Positions 61,824-64,000 of a stretch of DNA of 64,000 nt are shown here, one piece after another; position 1 is the stretch's first letter; the number at the start of each line of letters is the position of its first letter. The stretch is from Nemertoderma westbladi (lineage: Eukaryota; Animalia; Xenacoelomorpha). The stretch spans positions 43,831-107,830 of the forward strand of contig JAUCBJ010000720.1 in NCBI GenBank assembly GCA_032718475.1. Direction: 5' to 3'. Below the pieces are notes generated by a model, which saw only the letters and a program-made list of their open reading frames with translations, did no database searches and was not told the origin of the DNA. Both the position numbers and the translations under genes were made by a program.

Positions 61824-63821
61824 ATGGCGCCATCCCAGCGCTGCTGCAAGTGTCGCAGCGGCTCTTGCCGAGGGTGCAAGTGTGCTTGTGCGGGAGTTCC
61901 CTGTTCCTCCTGCAAACCTCTGGAGCAGAACTCGTGCGTGAACGGGCCGAGCTCACCCGATCCAGATAGTCTCGCGATGCCCCCGAGGTACAGCGGTTCC
62001 GCGGGCCACGGGGTTCTCGACTATCTGGTATCCAACTCGCCCAGATGGAAAACGCGTCAAGCCACAGCGGACCTTGCGCATAACGGCTATGTAACCCCGG
62101 AAGTTATAAACTCAACCCTGGAGGAGCTCGACGACCTGATGGACCAGACTCTAACCCCAGGAGAATTCGATCCGGACTGCACGTTAACCCCGCAAATTGG
62201 TGCTGTATCCCCGGCCCCCTCATCGGGTCCCCCAGTGTTGGTGTCTTACCAGTCGGGTCCCCCAGTTCCAGGTGTCGGTTATTCCGTCCCAACCAGTCCG
62301 GGTGTCGGTTATTCTGCCCCTACCAGTCCGGGTGTCGGTCATTCTGCCCCAACCAGTCCAGGAGTCGGTCATTCTGCCCCTTCCAGTCCGGGTGTCGGTC
62401 ATTCTGCCCCTACCAGTCCGGGTGTCGGTCATTTTGCCCCTACCAGTCCGGGTGTCGGTCATTCTGCCCCTACCAGTCCGGGTGTCGGTCATTCTGCCCC
62501 TACCAGTCCGGGTGTCGGTCATTCTGCCCCAACCAGTCCAGGAGTCGGTCATTCTGCCCCTTCCAGTCCGGGTGTCGGTCATTCTGCCCCTACCAGTCCG
62601 GGTGTCGGTCATTCTGCCCCTACCAGTCCGGGTGTCGGTTATTCCGTCCCAACCCGTCCAGGTTTCGGTCAGTCGGTCCCTACCAGTCCGGGTGTCGGTC
62701 ATTCTGCCCCTACCAGTCCAGTGTCGGTTATTCCGTCCCAACCAGTCCAGGTGTCGGTCAGTCGGTCCCTATCAGTCAGGTTGTTGGTCTTTCTGCCCCT
62801 ACCAGTCCAGATATCGGTTATTCCGTCCCAATCAGTCCAGGTGTCGGTCAGTCGGTCCCTCTCAGTCAGGTTGTTGGTCTTTCTGCCCCTACCAGTCCAG
62901 ATATCGGTTATTCCGTCCCAATCAGTCCAGGTGTCGGTCAGTCGGTCCCTATCAGTCAGGTTGTTGGTCTTTCTGCCCCTACCAGTCCGGGTGTCGGTTA
63001 TTCCGTCCCAATCAGTCCAGGTGTCGGTCAGTCGGTCCCTATCAGTCAGGTTGTCGGTCTTTCTGCCCCTACCAGTCCAGATATCGGTTATTCCGTCCCA
63101 ATCAGTCCAGGTGTCGGTCAGTCGGTCCCTATCAGTCAGGTTGTTGGTCTTTCTGCCCCTACCAGTCCAGATATCGGTTATTCCGTCCCAATCAGTCCAG
63201 GTGTCGGTCAGTCGGTCCCTATCAGTCAGGTTGTTGGTCTTTCTGCCCCTACCAGTCCGGATGTCGGTTATTCCGTCCCTACCAGTCCGGGTGTCGGTTA
63301 TTCCGTCCCTACCAGTCCGGGTGTCGATTATCCCGTCCCTACCAGTCCGGGTGTCGGTCATTCTGCCCCTACCAGTCCGGGTGTCGGTTATTCTGCCCCT
63401 ACCAGTCCGGGTGTCGGTTATTCCGTCCCAACCAGTCCAGGTGTCGGTCAGTCGGTCCCTATCAGTCAGGTTGTTGGTCTTTCTGCCCCTACCAGTCCAG
63501 ATATCGGTTATTCCGTCCCAATCAGTCCAGGTGTCGGTCAGTCGGTCCCTATCAGTCAGGTTGTTGGTCTTTCTGCCCCTACCAGTCCGGGTGTCGGTTA
63601 TTCTGCCCCTACCAGTCCGGGTGTCGGTTATTCCGTCCCAACCAGTCCAGGTGTCGGTCAGTCGGTCCCTATCAGTCAGGTTGTTGGTCTTTCTGCCCCT
63701 ACCAGTCCAGATATCGGTTATTCCGTCCCAATCAGTCCAGGTGTCGGTCAGTCGGTCCCTATCAGTCAGGTTGTTGGTCTTTCTGCCCCTACCAGTCCAG
63801 ATATCGGTTATTCCGTCCTAA
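61824..63821 (+). CDS. ORF with Cys-rich N-terminus running into a minisatellite; probable 5' part of a non-LTR retrotransposon ORF
   Basis: MAPSQRCCKCRSGSCRGCKCACAGVPCSSCKP..SCVN; GC-rich island; no catalytic domain inside the window. Confidence 0.4.
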   Translation: MAPSQRCCKCRSGSCRGCKCACAGVPCSSCKPLEQNSCVNGPSSPDPDSLAMPPRYSGSAGHGVLDYLVSNSPRWKTRQATADLAHNGYVTPEVINSTLEELDDLMDQTLTPGEFDPDCTLTPQIGAVSPAPSSGPPVLVSYQSGPPVPGVGYSVPTSPGVGYSAPTSPGVGHSAPTSPGVGHSAPSSPGVGHSAPTSPGVGHFAPTSPGVGHSAPTSPGVGHSAPTSPGVGHSAPTSPGVGHSAPSSPGVGHSAPTSPGVGHSAPTSPGVGYSVPTRPGFGQSVPTSPGVGHSAPTSPVSVIPSQPVQVSVSRSLSVRLLVFLPLPVQISVIPSQSVQVSVSRSLSVRLLVFLPLPVQISVIPSQSVQVSVSRSLSVRLLVFLPLPVRVSVIPSQSVQVSVSRSLSVRLSVFLPLPVQISVIPSQSVQVSVSRSLSVRLLVFLPLPVQISVIPSQSVQVSVSRSLSVRLLVFLPLPVRMSVIPSLPVRVSVIPSLPVRVSIIPSLPVRVSVILPLPVRVSVILPLPVRVSVIPSQPVQVSVSRSLSVRLLVFLPLPVQISVIPSQSVQVSVSRSLSVRLLVFLPLPVRVSVILPLPVRVSVIPSQPVQVSVSRSLSVRLLVFLPLPVQISVIPSQSVQVSVSRSLSVRLLVFLPLPVQISVIPS

Positions 63822-64000
63822 CCAGTCCGGGTGTCGATTATCCCGTCCCTACCAGTCCGGGTGTCGGTCATTCTGCCCCTACCAGTCCGGGTGTCGGTTA
63901 TTCTGCCCCTACCAGTCCGGGTGTCGGTTATTCCGTCCCAATCAGTCCAGGTGTCGGTCAGTGGGTCCCTATCAGTCAGGTTGTTGGTCTTTCTGCCCCT
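62262..64000. repeat. 30-bp minisatellite evolving into a 90-bp higher-order repeat; runs off the window end
   Basis: CCAGTCCGGGTGTCGGTCATTCTGCCCCTA units; three-variant cycle from ~62720. Confidence 0.96.

Overview
AT-rich, intron-containing animal (invertebrate-type) genomic DNA, mostly repeats. The only host genes I can support are two tandem minus-strand paralogues encoding small secreted fibrinogen-related-domain (FReD) proteins (signal-peptide exon plus one FReD exon; 13231-15169 and 40267-44897). Upstream of the first lies a ~17 kb nested insertion: a LINE, split by a short-TIR DNA element, split by a 13.5 kb BEL/Pao-type LTR element (17731-31266, TSD TCATT). That element is the most unusual object here. 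It has three LTR-like units, a ~740 bp TATA/polyA-bearing LTR segment present in both orientations and bracketed by inverted repeats, no RT/RNaseH/integrase, and a cryptic ~480-codon Cys/His-knuckle ORF behind a long hairpin in the env position. Also present: a minimal type I hammerhead ribozyme in a 0.4 kb TSD-flanked insertion, a both-ends-present but mutated THAP/P-element, RTE and other LINE fragments, a second decayed BEL/Pao element, and several satellites. All alignments and motif calls were made by eye; no searches were run.
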